The translations under genes and the position numbers were made by a program. From positions 5,270,001 through 5,334,000 of the forward strand of contig CM120642.1 of assembly GCA_051362555.1 (NCBI GenBank): 64,000 nt of DNA. Reading direction: 5' to 3'. The DNA comes from Lingula anatina (taxonomy: Eukaryota; Animalia; Brachiopoda). Within the stretch, counting starts at the first letter, position 1; each line of letters begins with the position of its first letter. The notes below the pieces were generated by a model. It ran no database searches. It was not told the origin of the DNA and saw only the letters and a list, made by a program, of their open reading frames with translations. Positions 12,501 through 27,400 of this stretch are shown in pieces.

Positions 12501-15500
12501 CTGCTAGCATCCATAAAAATCCTAACTTGAACAATCATATGTCACGTGCCGCAAAAGAAATCCAAGGAGAATGATACATCTCTTTTTATTCTTATTTAAA
12601 AAAAAAAAAAAAACTTTTCAAGAGGCAATCACATCTGTTTACATAAGCCTTACAGTTTTCAGATATCCAATACTGGTTGAAAAGCCAACTGAAGATAACT
12701 GAAATGATGACAAAAAACAGTATTTTATCTATATAGCATCAGACCTAGAAATTCCTATCCACCAGCAAAACTTTGCTTTTTCAAAGTTCAGAGAGGTCTT
12801 TTCTGAGAGTTGTGGAAATCTGATATAAAATTTTTGAAAGTGGGGTGTGGTAGGGTGGAGAAGGGGAGGGGGTAAATTCTGCCAGTTGATGGTCTGCTGT
12901 TCTTATTTCCTTGGCACTGCCAGGTTTGGGGAAAAAAACAGAAATCCCATGATACATCCTAATCATCGGTATGCGATGTTATTTCTCTCAGGACACAAGT
13001 ATGTCTGTTTATATTAACTATGGTCATGCTATGTAGGATAATATATTCTAACAGCATGAAAAACTTCTCAGTCCTTTATTATTGATCACCTTCCAACCAC
13101 AAGCAAGTGGGTACTAGAAAAGCACTCAGAGAATGCAGACCTCTGCCAAGGCAGTGCAATTCTACTTAACATCATTTATTATTTGGTTAAAATGTAACCA
13201 CCGAAATCTTACCAATATGAATTCTAAGTTAGACCATTTCTGGCCTATCCTGAAATTTTAATTAAAATCCGTCCATAACTTTTTGAGTCAGGCTGTTTTA
13301 ACACTAACACTTTAACACTTTTAAAACTAACAAACCAACCAAGGCAAAAAAAAAAAAAAAAACATAGTTACCCAGATTAGGTATATCTATCCAAATATAA
13401 CATTTCCCTGGAGACTTCAACATCCTTATTCACTACCTGCATCCAAAGAATTGAGATCCAAAATCCATTTTTGAGTTGTAAGTTTGTGCCTCAACATAGG
13501 ACAGCATTTCTTTCATAACTTACGGTAGCATAAGAACTTTTAGCTTTCTGAATCAAACAAGTGTGTATATCAAGTTTAAGTAATTTAAATAAATTGATTT
13601 TAGAAAACTTTAGCAGCCTTACCATTGGCCAGGTTGTACTAAGAGTGACACCTATACTCAAGTGAGGTCTCTCTTGATGTTGTTTACATAAACAGCACGT
13701 TCATGGAATGTGTGACCCAAACCAAGACGAGTATATACAACGTAAAAATCCATACACATTTCCTTGAAAAGGGATATCCTGCACACTGTTAATGGGGCAT
13801 TTACAGCAAATTGAACTGTAGCTTGCGGCAAAAACAGGGGATTGCACTTCACCGACTCATCACTTTCACACAGGCAAGGAACTGGCAATCGGAAAGGAAA
13901 CTGTATATTTGATAGGGAAAACTAGACCAAAGTTAGGTGGTCAAGTCACTTTTTGGGAGGTTATGGGAACGTCTATAATTGTACTATAATCGTACAACAC
14001 AGCAACAACACTGGACCTTTGTTTCCAATGGTAGTGAATATAACAGTTAATTTTACAAGCCAGAATACCGTGCACGAGTACAGGTTTTTTAAGTTGACAA
14101 TTGCCATGACAGCTGGTGGAGTTTAAGAATTTATCTGTATAAGAAATAGTTTCATTGGATATGTAAATAGTTAAACTGAATTGAAAAATATATAGGGTGT
14201 TTAGACTTTCAATTTTTTAAATCATGTGGGTGGATTAGCAGTAGATTAGTTTGGCAAAATTAGTTGAAAAGACCAGAAGCAATGATCAGTAGCTCAGGAA
14301 ACCTACATCCCAGTGCCTCTTAGACTGGGTTCCCATGCCTAGATCGATCCATCAGGATCGGTCTAACTCCCTGGGGAGTCTCACTAAATTGCTATCAACT
14401 AACCTGCTTAAATGTTTGTCACGCCTACCAAATTATCTAGAGGGTAAAGATAATTACCCCCTAACAGCTTTACTAGGTGTGACAGACATTTAAGCCGGTT
14501 AAGTTGAAAGCAATTTAGTGAGACTCCCCAGGGAGATAGATCGATCCAAGTATCTGTGGGAATGGTCCCTTACTGCTACATCTACAACAACTGTGATTTC
14601 CTTTCTTTTCTTCTCTTCCATTTTTAAATCTCCTACATGCTGCGAATCCTTAAACTGTTCTTCAACTATAACAACAATTCAAGCCTAAAAAGTGTCTACT
14701 GGCATTTATCTTTATGTCACCTAAAAAACAATTGTACAGAACTGTAACATTCTGTGAAAAGCATCATTAATCAAAACCCTGCAGGTAAATAATTGGAGGC
14801 TTTTGTTCACATTCTACTGGGACAAATGTCCTCAGAATGAAAAGATCAATATAACAGAAAAGTTATGCAACATGCAGGGGGAAGATAACAAAATGACCAC
14901 ATTTCATGTTATTATTATTCCCACGTTGACTTTTCAGGATAAAATACATTAAAAATTCTAGGAGACGTAATGACAGCAATACATACAAATCTATACCAAC
15001 ATATACATGAAGGCACACACGTACACACATAGCACTAATGAAAGCCTGTTCATATAAATAATGAGAAAAAGTAAGAAATACTTCACAATTATTCACCAAT
15101 TTTAAACAGTAAAGGCTAAAACTGGGCGAATTTGCCAAATCGAAAAAAATATATATATATGCTAGTAAACTTAACATGCCATTATATCAGTTTACCTACT
15201 GGGTCATTCTGAGGCCACATTAGTACAAGTAGTTTCTCGTCCTTAACAAATATTGCTTTGCAAATATTGAACCCCACTTCACCCTTATCATCCCAGATGA
15301 TCATCCATTATGAAACCACTTCACCTGCTTCCAAACATGCCTAACAACTGCTAAAACAATGGCTGAATCCAGGGCAAATTTGAACCAAAAACTTACAAAA
15401 ATGTTATGACATGCATGCATTTCATTAAAGAGTGCACTGGGTGGATTTGGTGAAACTGTAAGGATCTGGTTAGTATTACACTTCTCTACAGTGTTGAGTC

Positions 15501-18415
15501 AGCATACGAAAAAGATGAAAAGGACACAAAATAGCACAGTATTTTCTTTTTTCGTCTATTTTTTTTTTTTTTTTTTTGTAATTGAAGTCTGAGGTACCCC
15601 ATGGCTGACTATGCACCCAATGACTCTACAACTCAATAACACAAAAAACAACAACTACAAAACAAAAAGAGCTAAACTGATGGATTACGTAGGATCTCTT
15701 GCATGACCTAGAAACTTAATTAGAATCATAATCTACCTCCCGGAATTAGCATTAAATTGTTTTGGTTGTGATGATGCTGGTGCCAAAGTCCCAGCATTGA
15801 AAAAGGTAAACATCTTTGGCATAAAAACAATTAAGACAAGAAAATTCACCACTGGTAGAATGAATTTACCTTATTATGGTCCGAAAAATCTTTCTGTGGT
15901 TTCTAAGAAAATGTAATTACCATTGGCATACGATTATATCTCTCATTATAGGTCATTTCACTAAAGAGAGCTGTCCATAATACCAATAATCCCCCAGAAG
16001 ATTTATGTTCTCTAATTGGAAAACAAAAGCATAAGGATTTTGCGCCCAGAGTAGGCACGATCTATAACAATGCTGAAGCACACACGGCACTAGTGGCTAA
16101 TTTTGTTTGAAGCCGTGAGAAACGCACTTCATCGTTTTCTCCATATTGGCATTCTTCTAGCTAAAAAGCCTTTATCACCTGCCCCGGTGTTTTCATTCAT
16201 AATTTCTTTATTGATATTTCTGACAAGCTACACCATGCAGCTGCATGGATAGCATTGTCTATGCTGTTAGGGATAATAGCACAGCCATTTGCCGAGCAAA
16301 ATGGAATGAATATCTGACCATATTCCAGTCCACAATAGAGAAGCCATTGATTAGGTTTGTGCAAGCTCATCCATATGGCTCTACATGATGATATAGGTCT
16401 ATGTCATGATATAAACATCATTTTTCAAAATAATAATTATAATAATCACAATAATAATAATAATAACCATAAAGAAGTACAGTAAGTAGTTTACAACAAT
16501 GTTATTATTGGATATAGAAAAACTGCCTGTTAACACATTCTTACATCAAGCAATAAACAAACAAAACAAAAGTAAATAGATAAAAACCATAGCAGAAGGT
16601 TTTGTTGTTACAAAAATAAAAATATCCTATGTCATCTAAAAGAGCTTTAATCACAATCATTTTCAAACCAATTCAGGACCCTTGGACAATCTCCCTAAGA
16701 GCAGAATGTCACATATCAAAAGCTCCAGCTGAAACTGTTCTAATGCTAACCAAATCTTACACTCCCATGGGCATGACTAACCTCCTATCCTAGTGTGGTA
16801 CACAACAATATATAAAAGATTTCATGTGAACATGTAAATCTCAATGGAAATCTAACCCGACTGCCTACCAGCAGGGCTGAAGACACACCTGGAACCCACT
16901 AAACAAAATAACCTCACACACCACTGAGATTATACATCTGGGCATTTTTCACACGCTGTTTCTGCAATATATACAAATCTAGGAGGAATGATCCTAGTCC
17001 ACCAATGCAAAATCGTAATTCTTAGTGTTTCTTAGTAAAAAAAAAAACCTGGAAACCTTGTCAAAGAAACAAGGAAGGAATGAGATAAAGAGATACAAAT
17101 CAATACCTTCTTTGAAATCTTCAAATCCTGTGGTTATATTGTCACAGATCCTCCTTATACACATGTATCTACCCTAAACTGATATCTTTGGCCAAAAGAG
17201 AGTTTATTGGGAGAATGGTTTTAAAATTCCAATTATAGCCTCTCAGTAATGCATGTGTAATTTGCTAGGAAATGACAAACTGCCTTTGCAATGATTTCTG
17301 TTGGCTGGGTCAAGTCTTTTAGAAAAACAAAACATTCAGGGCTAATATGTTAAGGGAGCCTGAACTTAACTATAACTTTCAGCTAGTACAGTCTCCAAAA
17401 CCTGGCGAGACAAAAAATTGATCTCCTCTGTAAAGCCAGTAAAGGTAATTATCCATTTGAACTTGCAAGAAAATTGACAATTATACATCCTGCTATCTTC
17501 TGCTTTTGTACCTCACACAGAACTTCTGGAGATTGAAATGACCCTATATTTTCCCATGCTCATTTTTTTCTATGTTTTATCATATCAGTAATAAAACAAA
17601 GCTTTTTTTTTTTTACAAAATCTAAATCACCAGTATTACCTTCAACACTTAATGATTTACCTGATCCACGTACAAGATAACCAGCAAATAAACAAAATGG
17701 AAAAAAAAAGAAAAAAAAAAAAGATCATACCTCCTCTCCCGAACTGGCTGCTTCAATATCACAATTCAAATTTGCAGTGGCCATTTCTCTGAATTCTGTG
17801 AATGAATTCCTGGGAACGGTCTACCTACTTCCCCTCCACGACTAACAGCCAAGCTAATCCTCACTGCACCAGAGCAGTAATTATATCTTTTCTCTTTATA
17901 TAAAAAAAAAAAAATCCCACTAAAGATCAGCTATAGGTACACCCAAAGACATCTCCACATCCTTTTTTCCGACTCTCCAGGTGCTCAGGCTGCCAGACGC
18001 TTACAACAGGATGTCCAGTTTGAATAATGTTTTAAGGTTATAATATATGAAACACTTTTAATCTCATTCCTATTGATCCAAAGGATGAAACTGTACAGGC
18101 TGTTCCGTGTGCGTGAAAGCACAGTTTGTATGCTGGCTGAGAAAGAGATAGATAGAGAGGCAGACAGGCTCTCTGCGTATGGGCTGTTTCTAGCCTATTT
18201 TTTAAGACACATGGGGATTTGAGGGTTTATGAATGCCTTTTCTCTATCAGAAATAACTGATTTTTTTGTCAGGTAAATACAACTTACACATGAACTGAGA
18301 GTTTTAGGAAATGTTTGTTTGTGGCTAGTCTTATATCCCTGCTGCCATGCTGCATTAAAAGACCTATAAGGGATTTCTTCACTTCTTTCATTGAGGTTAT
18401 ACAGTTTGTATAAGA

Positions 18416-18487
<72 letters not shown>

Positions 18488-21400
18488 GGGGAGGGGGATA
18501 TGCCTGTGCATGCTCTTATCTTATGTCTCACTGCTTATAGGAAATAAACACAATTAACAACCTTGCTTCATATGATTCTCAAAGGAGAAGACACAAGTAT
18601 GGTAAGCAAAAGGTGGTTACACTTCAATATTTAAATTTTCTTGTCATTAAACATTAAAAAAATCAATAGAGATTGAGGTTTATCACAAGGTTAAGTATTT
18701 ATAGTCTGAATTATACAATCTAATGCATAGCATATTCTAGACTCATGCTAGCATATTAAATTTTAAATGATAAAGATATGTTAGCTTACAACAATGTAAA
18801 ATACTTGATTATCTGCTTTTGTAAAGAGGTTTTTCATATATATTTTTTAAGTATCACTTACCAAGCACTGTTTTTGAAAAATCAATTTATTTTGTTAGAA
18901 TTTAATGAACGATTATTTTAAATGCATCAAATGCATTATAAGATATGCAAAAAGCAGCAGTATCGTACTATAATTACAGATTTTGAATAGGACAACAAGT
19001 TAACTAACACCTTCCAAATGAGTTATTTCAAAATACTTAAATTTTACATTGTATACTGGAGTCTCAAATTAAATACATATTAAATACACATCCACAAATC
19101 ACAAAACAGCCATTACACTTCTGAACAGATGCTTTAAAAACAAGAGACCAATTATTTTGGAAAAACATCTTGCAGTATGGATCACATTGTCAAGGCACTA
19201 ATCCCAAGCAAAAAGAGTTGTCTTTCAATCAGAACTGTTCCCCCCCCCCCCCCCAACCCACTTTCTTTTATGAAATTGCACACACAAAACCACGATAAAG
19301 AATCCTAGAATACAAAAGACGCAGTGCCAACATACAGTATTCATTTACAGTAAAGAACACAGCTATTGTTCATACACATTAAAGGTGGAAAAAAATACAA
19401 TAGGTTTATTGTCAAATCGATTTATCTCAAAGTGCAGTTTGAAGGCATCTCAGAAGCACTTGGTAAAATTGTGATATTAGTCAGGAGGCATAGAAAATGA
19501 AAGGTCAATGCAAAAACTGAAAGCAACATTGATGTCTCTTAAGAAAGCATGCTAAATGTACCACAGAATGTACGAATGTACATGTTATAAAAAATGCCCA
19601 AAACACAATTCATTAAAAATTTGGTATAGACAGGTAACACTATGGCTATATGCGCAGACATGATATGTCTGTACATAAAAATGAATGGCAGAAGAAATGA
19701 AAGCAGACACCTGAAAATTACTAAACAGCCTCACAAAATGGGCAAGAATAGAAGTATACAGAGCCCCTGAGATAGACTGTGGAAAAGAAAAGAGGACCCA
19801 TGTCAGCCAGGACAGTATTAAAATAAATTGATGATAATGATGATGATTTTCTTAACAATCAAGGAAAAGTAATTAAAAAAAAAAAAATAAAAATATAGAG
19901 ACATTTCATTGAAGTTAGCAATAAAAAAGGGGGTCCTACCTGGCATCTCATAAGCATTTCAAAGAAGTTGTCGTCTGGTACAGCGGTGTCTGGACTGTTG
20001 TGGAGAAGCTGACCTATCACAGCCTGGCTATTATTCAGCCCTGGAAACTGGGGCAGATGTGCCCGTTGGTCATTCATCCTTGATCCCTGGATCCCAGCCA
20101 CCATGTCAAGAAACTCATCTGCTTTGCCGGAAAGAGCTGGAATTAAAATGTTATTGGCATTAATGATTATTTCGATCATCACTTTAATCTGTAAGAACTG
20201 GTGCTGCATACAATGAAAATAAAGAAATACAAAGTCCTTTCGGAAAATGACTGTCCAAAATATATGTTACAGTACTTAAAATGTATAGTTTTAACATGTT
20301 GACTTGAGGTATATTGGGATTTCCCTTATCTATAACAAGTAATGATATCACTACATATACCCCCTGCACAAAAATAGTCCCTAATACAAAAACTGTCCAA
20401 ATCTGCTAAGCTGATTTTCTGATGCTACTGTTTTCAAAGAAAAAAAGTAAGTAAGCAGTATCATTTTTGACTTACCTAGGCTATTTTTATTGGGAACTGG
20501 ATGGTCACCTGTCACCTTGAATGAACATCTTTGGTCCTCCATGCGGCGGCTTTGAAATTTCATGATTTGGTTAAAGAAATCATCCTCGTCATTTCCGCTG
20601 AAGTCGGTTGTATGCTGAAAATGGATACAGAGAGAGGTGACCAAATTATTTTTTTTACTGTAACATAAAGCCAGTTCTACTTGTTTATTTTACTAACCTT
20701 ACTTAGTATAGAAAAAACTGTGGATAATTCTGCCCATGAGTCTAAAAAGTTATCCTAACCCAACAGTTAAAAAATTGGGTTTAAATTGGGTTTTATCAGC
20801 TCACTGTTTCCAACTAAGAAGTGATAAGAATTCAGTTTCAATACTGATGAGTATTATGCCTCCAATCAAAGGGAACAAGTCACTCAAGAGAATTTGCCAA
20901 GTAACTGATTCCATTACGATGACTTTGATTTTCAGCTCTAAAAGCCTGGTTCATTATCTGTTTGACATAACAACTCTACTCAAAGGCATTTTTTTCATAT
21001 TCTCTCCTTTTCTGCATAAGTTAAATATGTTAAGGCCAATCTGATATGGGCATCAAGTAATTTTGTTGGCTATGCAAGCTATATCATGATTCAAGGTTGT
21101 TGTACAACTGTGAAACTTGTGAAACAGCTAACTACTTTGTAAAAGTCTGTTGTGCCTATAAACAAGGCTGTTGTGCATGAGATAATTGACCACCCTGTTA
21201 ACAAGGCTGTTGTGCATGAAATAAATGACCACCCTGTATACAAGGCTGTTGTGCATGAAATAAATGACCACCCTGTAAACAAGGCTGTTGTGCATGAAAT
21301 AAATGACCACCCTGTAAACAAGGCTGTTGTGCATGAAATAAATGACCACCCTGTAAACAAGGCTGTTGTGCATGAAATAAATGACCACCCTGTAAACAGA

Positions 21401-24400
21401 TATTCTCTGTACTGCTCATTTCATGTCAGGGGTGGTAATCCAGGGGTTTTCCAAGATAATATACCAGCTTTACTGTGAAATAGCCACACCATAGAGGTAA
21501 GTGTTTAAATTTTCCCCAGGCACTCACTCTGACTTACCCCCTTTCCAATGGTTTTCAAAGTGACCACTTTGGCGGCGTGAACTGTATCCCCACTGCTCTG
21601 TGGGTCGCGATTCTCAACATCGATATCCGTCGCCACGGTGGCAGACTTCTGTAGCCTGTGGGATTTTGGCTTGGTATGGGATTTATGCTGGAATATCCAA
21701 GTAATAATGATTGAAATACAGCCAGGTTGCCTCAAATTACAAACTAATAGGCTTAAAGCTAGATCTTCGTTATAGGTTATGTTGGTGTTACTTAATATGA
21801 AATACGCATAATACTGAAATTTAGATTAGGCACAAAGGTATCATCACGTTGCACCTTCTTTCCATTAATCTGAGATAATACTGGACTGAAACCTAGCCTG
21901 AAAAACAACTTCAAGAACATCAAGTACTCACATTTTTCTTGTCAGGAGTGAGCTTCATCAGCTCCATGTTTTCCATGCTGTGTCTTCTCTGGCGGTTTGA
22001 ATTGCGGGTACCTGTTAGAAACAGAGAAGGTAAGTTTTGAAGACTATTCATATTTAAGTAGATAAGAATATATCCTGTCAATTAACAATGTAAAAATAAA
22101 CATACTAAGATTATTTAATAAAATACCTAAATCTTTTAAAGTGATTAGATAGCCAACAAACAAAATCATAATGTCATCATGTCCTCGAGAAATGACTTGA
22201 TAGTCTCAATTAAACTGTTTTCAAAATTGGTGCAAGATGGATAAAAATTCATGCCAGTTTATTCATTTTGCAGTTATTTAAAGGGTATCACCCTGTGTGT
22301 TCATATCTTAGCCATCCCATAATATTTCTGCCTACCTCCGCTGTCGTCTGTCCTGTCTGAATCTGTCGTGGTGTAGGAGGAAGCCAGGCTCTGCTGGTCT
22401 GTGCTGATACTTATAAATAAAATATAATAATAAATAAGAAAATATCGTAATTGAAAAATACTATTAAGTGTTTGCGTAAAAAGTGGCAATAGTTTAATAG
22501 TAACATACCAGAATTGTATCTTTAATATATCTATCAAAATATATCAAACAACAGGTACAAGTTGTTCTTTTCTGAATGCTTATCTGCCTGTAGAACTGAA
22601 GGAAGGTCTGTAAAATCTAATACATCTGTTCATTTACTGGCCATTGTCTCTGCTTTCAAAGCCTTTGGGACAAAAAGATTGATTCTTAGACCATTTTAAC
22701 TTTGAGTGCTAGATGGCTAACTGTTTGTGGCACAGATTGATCTCATTTTCAAGACATCACAATGAAATGTTCATAGCTGGTTTTGAACACAATGCAGTCT
22801 TCCCAGCTAACACAATATACATGTTATCTTATTCTTGTACAGATGGCTTTGGATCAAGATGTGCAAGAAATCACATCTAACACACTCAGTATTCAAACCA
22901 CAAGTGAAAAAATTTAAAGGAAGTATAAATTCACTCCCAAAATTCTACATGGTTCATTGCAGAAAGCACAAGATAAATCAAGATTTTTTTTTGCTTCTCA
23001 ATGCAAAATTTTGTGTGGGAATGAATAAAACCCAAAGTCAAGATGCAACACTTCCTATATAAATATATCCGAGAGCAACTTCTTTTTTTTCGTGCAAAAG
23101 TAAAGATTGTGACTAAATGGACTGACACTCAGCAAATACTAATAGAGGTATCACTGAATTTTTAGTCTCCCCCCCCCCCTTGGACCCTGTTGTTTTTTGC
23201 TTTGTTTTGGAGGGCAAAGAGAAAACAGTAATGGAAAACATTCCCAAGAGGACCACTTTGTTATCCAAGTACATCGGTTAAAACGTCTGTAAAACTATCT
23301 GAAACACTGCCTGAGGTAATGGCTAGACAAGATTGCATCCAACTGATAAAAATTGATCCCATTGAATTCCTCTCCATCTTAACCCACACAAGGGAATAAT
23401 TACATAACTATAATTTCAGAGCTGAAACAGGCTCGCTTTTTCATTTTCAAAATTTCCATCACTGTAGTTCGGCATGCCAATGACAAATATCAGCCGAGAC
23501 TGCCCATGTGCTCTTATACATAACTACAAAATCTGAATGACAGGACATGGGTATGTGATTGACATGGAAAGCTTGTTGCTGATAACAAGAGTGCCTTAAG
23601 CATGAAAATATGTGGACCTCAAAACAAGTAAGAGGCGAGAATGCATCTGACCTGAATTTTGGGTTATAATTACCTGGATGTGTCAAGATCTGATGGCAGT
23701 CTCTCACTGGGACTGATTCCAAGTAGAGTCCTGAGATCAGACAGGTTCATCTTGGCAGTGGCTTCACCTGTGGAATCTCCAATCTAAAACATTAAATATA
23801 TGAAATATTAACCATTGATATACATGGCATCCATATGCTGGTGGAAATACAGCACCGGTATTTATTTTCCATTTATCGTAAATGTTGGAATGTTTAAAAA
23901 AGGTTAACATGGTTTTTTGTAATAGGTCTACCTTTTACCTTATTTTTGAGAGTTTATAACATGACAAAGCACTTGCAAAGAAGGTCCAGCCAGTCTTGGT
24001 ACTACCCAAAGTTAAAAAGATGGTGAAGGAAATTACACAAGTTGCATATACCTTAGATAATTATGAGACAACTTCATTCTTTTTATAATCTAAGGCAGCA
24101 TTTCTTTTTTTTTTCTGCCACAAAACCAACTGACAATGTGAATATCAGTTTCAACACAATGATATGATCAATAGTATCTCTTTTCTCTCATTGATAATAT
24201 CAAAACCAATTAAGATCAGGTTCATGCAGCCATGCAGTGAGGTTACCTGCATCCAGGTGGAAGTGATTACTGCCATTAAGTCAACATTAATTTCACAGAG
24301 CTCAATCAATTTTGTCCCTTTTCCTGTTTAATTCTGTTTTGATTCAAGATTCATGACCCTTAACTCGGGTCAAGCACTGGTCATATAGGATACAACAACT

Positions 24401-27400
24401 GGGAAACCAGTAATGCGCTCTTACCTCTTTGGAGATCAGAAGGTGTTTGCTGGCAAACTGGAGTGCCTGCTCATGGTTCCCCAGTGCAGTGTGCGCATTT
24501 CCCAGACTCCAACATGCCCGACCCTCTCCGATACGGTCCTGGAGCTCCTGGGCAATCCGCAGGTGCCTCAAATGATACTCGATGGCTTTGTCATAGTCAC
24601 GGAGTAGGGTGTAGGTATTGCCCAGGCTGTAGCAGGCCTGCGCCTCCAGTGCACGGTCTTGTAGCTGCTTGGCAATTTGGAGCGTTTTTCTGAAAAAGAA
24701 AATGAATAGCGAATCATTCGTTGAAGTTATAAGTTAAATGCATGTAATTTGACCATTGATCAATCTGCAAACTGGGTGCCCTGAATATTTGAGGACTTGT
24801 GGTATTTACTCTATCTAGTTGCCCTTTTTTAGGAGGCGGCAAAGAGCCTTCAGAAATTGGGAACACCCTGACCAACTCTACTACTTGAATCACAGCTAAC
24901 TTTTTTAATGTGTTATACTTACCTCACTCTCTCCATTTGATTAATTCTATACACAATACCAATACTACTACAGTTCAATAATGAATATAGTATAAAATTT
25001 CCACCAAAGATTTGGATAAAAATTGCAACTTATCACAAATACATATTGATTATGAATATACTTCAGATCTGCATATGCCATTCCTTCCTATACCTATTAT
25101 CCTAAATTTCTACCATCCTACTCATCATGCCTATTCATAGGAGTTCTATAATATCCTTAAGGAAAATGGAAGAATAGCAAGAACCTAATAGAACCTGGCT
25201 TACATCACAGCTAAATATACAAACCAGTCTGTAAACCTATTATCCAAGAAAAATACCATGAGCTTTTAGGGATTGTTTCATAAGGTTGAAGGTCTCAAGG
25301 ACAAATTCAAGATAACATCTAAAAAATATTAGATTTCAAAAAAGCAACATATCACTAAGACACTCCAATAACAATAAGCATTTGCCAGAAAAAAAAAATC
25401 TCTGGTGAAATTTTGTCTGCCATTTGACAGCCAAGGCATAAGGTAAAAAAACAAAAGTAAAAACCTTACTTGTAGTGATCTGCAGCCACCTCAAACTCTC
25501 CAAGGAAGATGTGAGCATTCCCAAGATTGCTGTACGCCCTCCTCTCTGCTGCTTTGTCACCAAATTCCTTGGCAATGGCAAGACGCTGAAATGACAAATA
25601 TTTTCCTGCAGTGTACCAGACAATTTTTGTTTCAAAAGCTCTTGACATTTGCGGTCTACCAAAAAGCTGTCAACATACCTAATCAATCTGCTGCCTTGCT
25701 ATTATGAAATTACTTGGTGGTTATCTCTGAACTACATTTAGATCACATTTGCTACAATGTATCCAAGGCATTCAATAAAAACATACCAACAAAGATCTTA
25801 CTTTCTTTCTTTCTCTGTTCATTTCTTTGAAGTCAAAGCCCTGTTCATTACTAATATACAGTATGCTGCCAAAATCAATTGAAAAATCACAAGAGTAACA
25901 CCTTGCCACATTTAGTACTCCTTTTCTCTTCTGCTGTCCACACACACACACACACATACACACACACACACAAATAGCACTTATAAGTTCTTTTTATTCG
26001 ATAGCTTTTGTTACATCCATGTAATGTCAACTTAGAAAGAAAATTCAGTCCTAAAACAATGGGTTCATACGGTGATACAGAGTTTCAGCTGTAATCTCAC
26101 AGAAAAACTGTTTAAAAAGGTCTTCTTAAACACACTTGCATCCTACCATTGGTCTCTTTCTTCACAACAAATTTGACCTTTTCCAAGAAAATGCCCAACT
26201 GTATTTGTGAACTAAAACAGTCATTCTATTTACCAGCAGTGATACCACTGTAACACTTTCTTGATTAGCTGGTATCCAATTGCTTTGGCCTAATGATTAC
26301 AAACAGGGGATTGTAAATCCAGTCAATAATCTTTATGAATTCAGACATAACTTGTTCAAAATGTTCTCAAGTGACCTTTATGGTATGGAGTTGTTGCCCA
26401 TGCTGATTGAAAATGCAATTATTAACTGGATAGAGCCTGTCGTACTCTGGAAGAAGGCCATCATTCAAGTACACTTTATTCTGGCGTTGTACTTTTTAAG
26501 GCTATTATTTTTGTGCTCAGCGCCACAAGAATGTTATATGATCAACTGAATCAAAACTTTAAATGTGATAGATAAAACATCATGTTGAAATAAAGTGGAT
26601 AGTTTTCACAATTTTAAAGTTTTCTTTATCAATCAAACATAAAAACAATATGAACCAAGATACCTATGTCAAGTCAGTCTGTCAGCACTGTAAACATGAG
26701 CCTCTGACGCAATCCATAATTAAACAGCAATCTCCATGGCATATGCAAAATTAATACTAAATGCTGGAGAAATCACTCTGGCCATAAAAACTGGATTCAG
26801 TTTCAATCGTTTTTTCTCCCATGTTGCCCAAATTTCTAATATTCTTTGTGACTTGACTAAAATAAAAAGAACAAGAACATACATTTGCAGGCAAAAAGAT
26901 ACTCAACAAAAAATTGAAATTTTGAAGTTCATCATAACTGGACAACTAAGATATCTGCAATTACTAGACTCATAAACATTTCAAAGAAAAATATATAATG
27001 TGAAGAGTGTTTAAAAGGTGCACTATGTACTTTTCAAACTGCCTACTGTAGGATAAAGTAAGATAACTAAGTCCAGTTACCAAATTTCTGAAAACTTTGT
27101 ACAATGCCCACCTGCTGCGTGTTCACCATCTGGTGACTCTGTGGATGTAACAGCTTGGATTAGTTTTCATAATTTAACAGGAGCTCACAATTTTCTGCTC
27201 ATGTAATGACACAACATCATGTTTTATCAGAGTAACAAATTTTCTGATAAAAGAGAGAGTTAGATTTTGTATTAGACCTGCCCCTAACATCTTGAAGAAG
27301 GTAGTAGCATCATGACAATATGTCGTTAAGCACCCACGCAAATTCTGTGCACAGCTTAATATATATATAAATTATGCATGTGCAGTGTGCAAACAGTGTG

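Noticed and set aside
21091-21478. Four overlapping repetitive ORFs and a superficially CRISPR-like periodicity
   Set aside because: These are products of a 39-bp head-to-tail minisatellite with no unique spacers, in a eukaryotic intron.
21521-21537. Second donor (gtgagt) 10 nt downstream of the exon 10 donor
   Set aside because: Its use would shift the frame. The upstream gtaagt keeps the frame.
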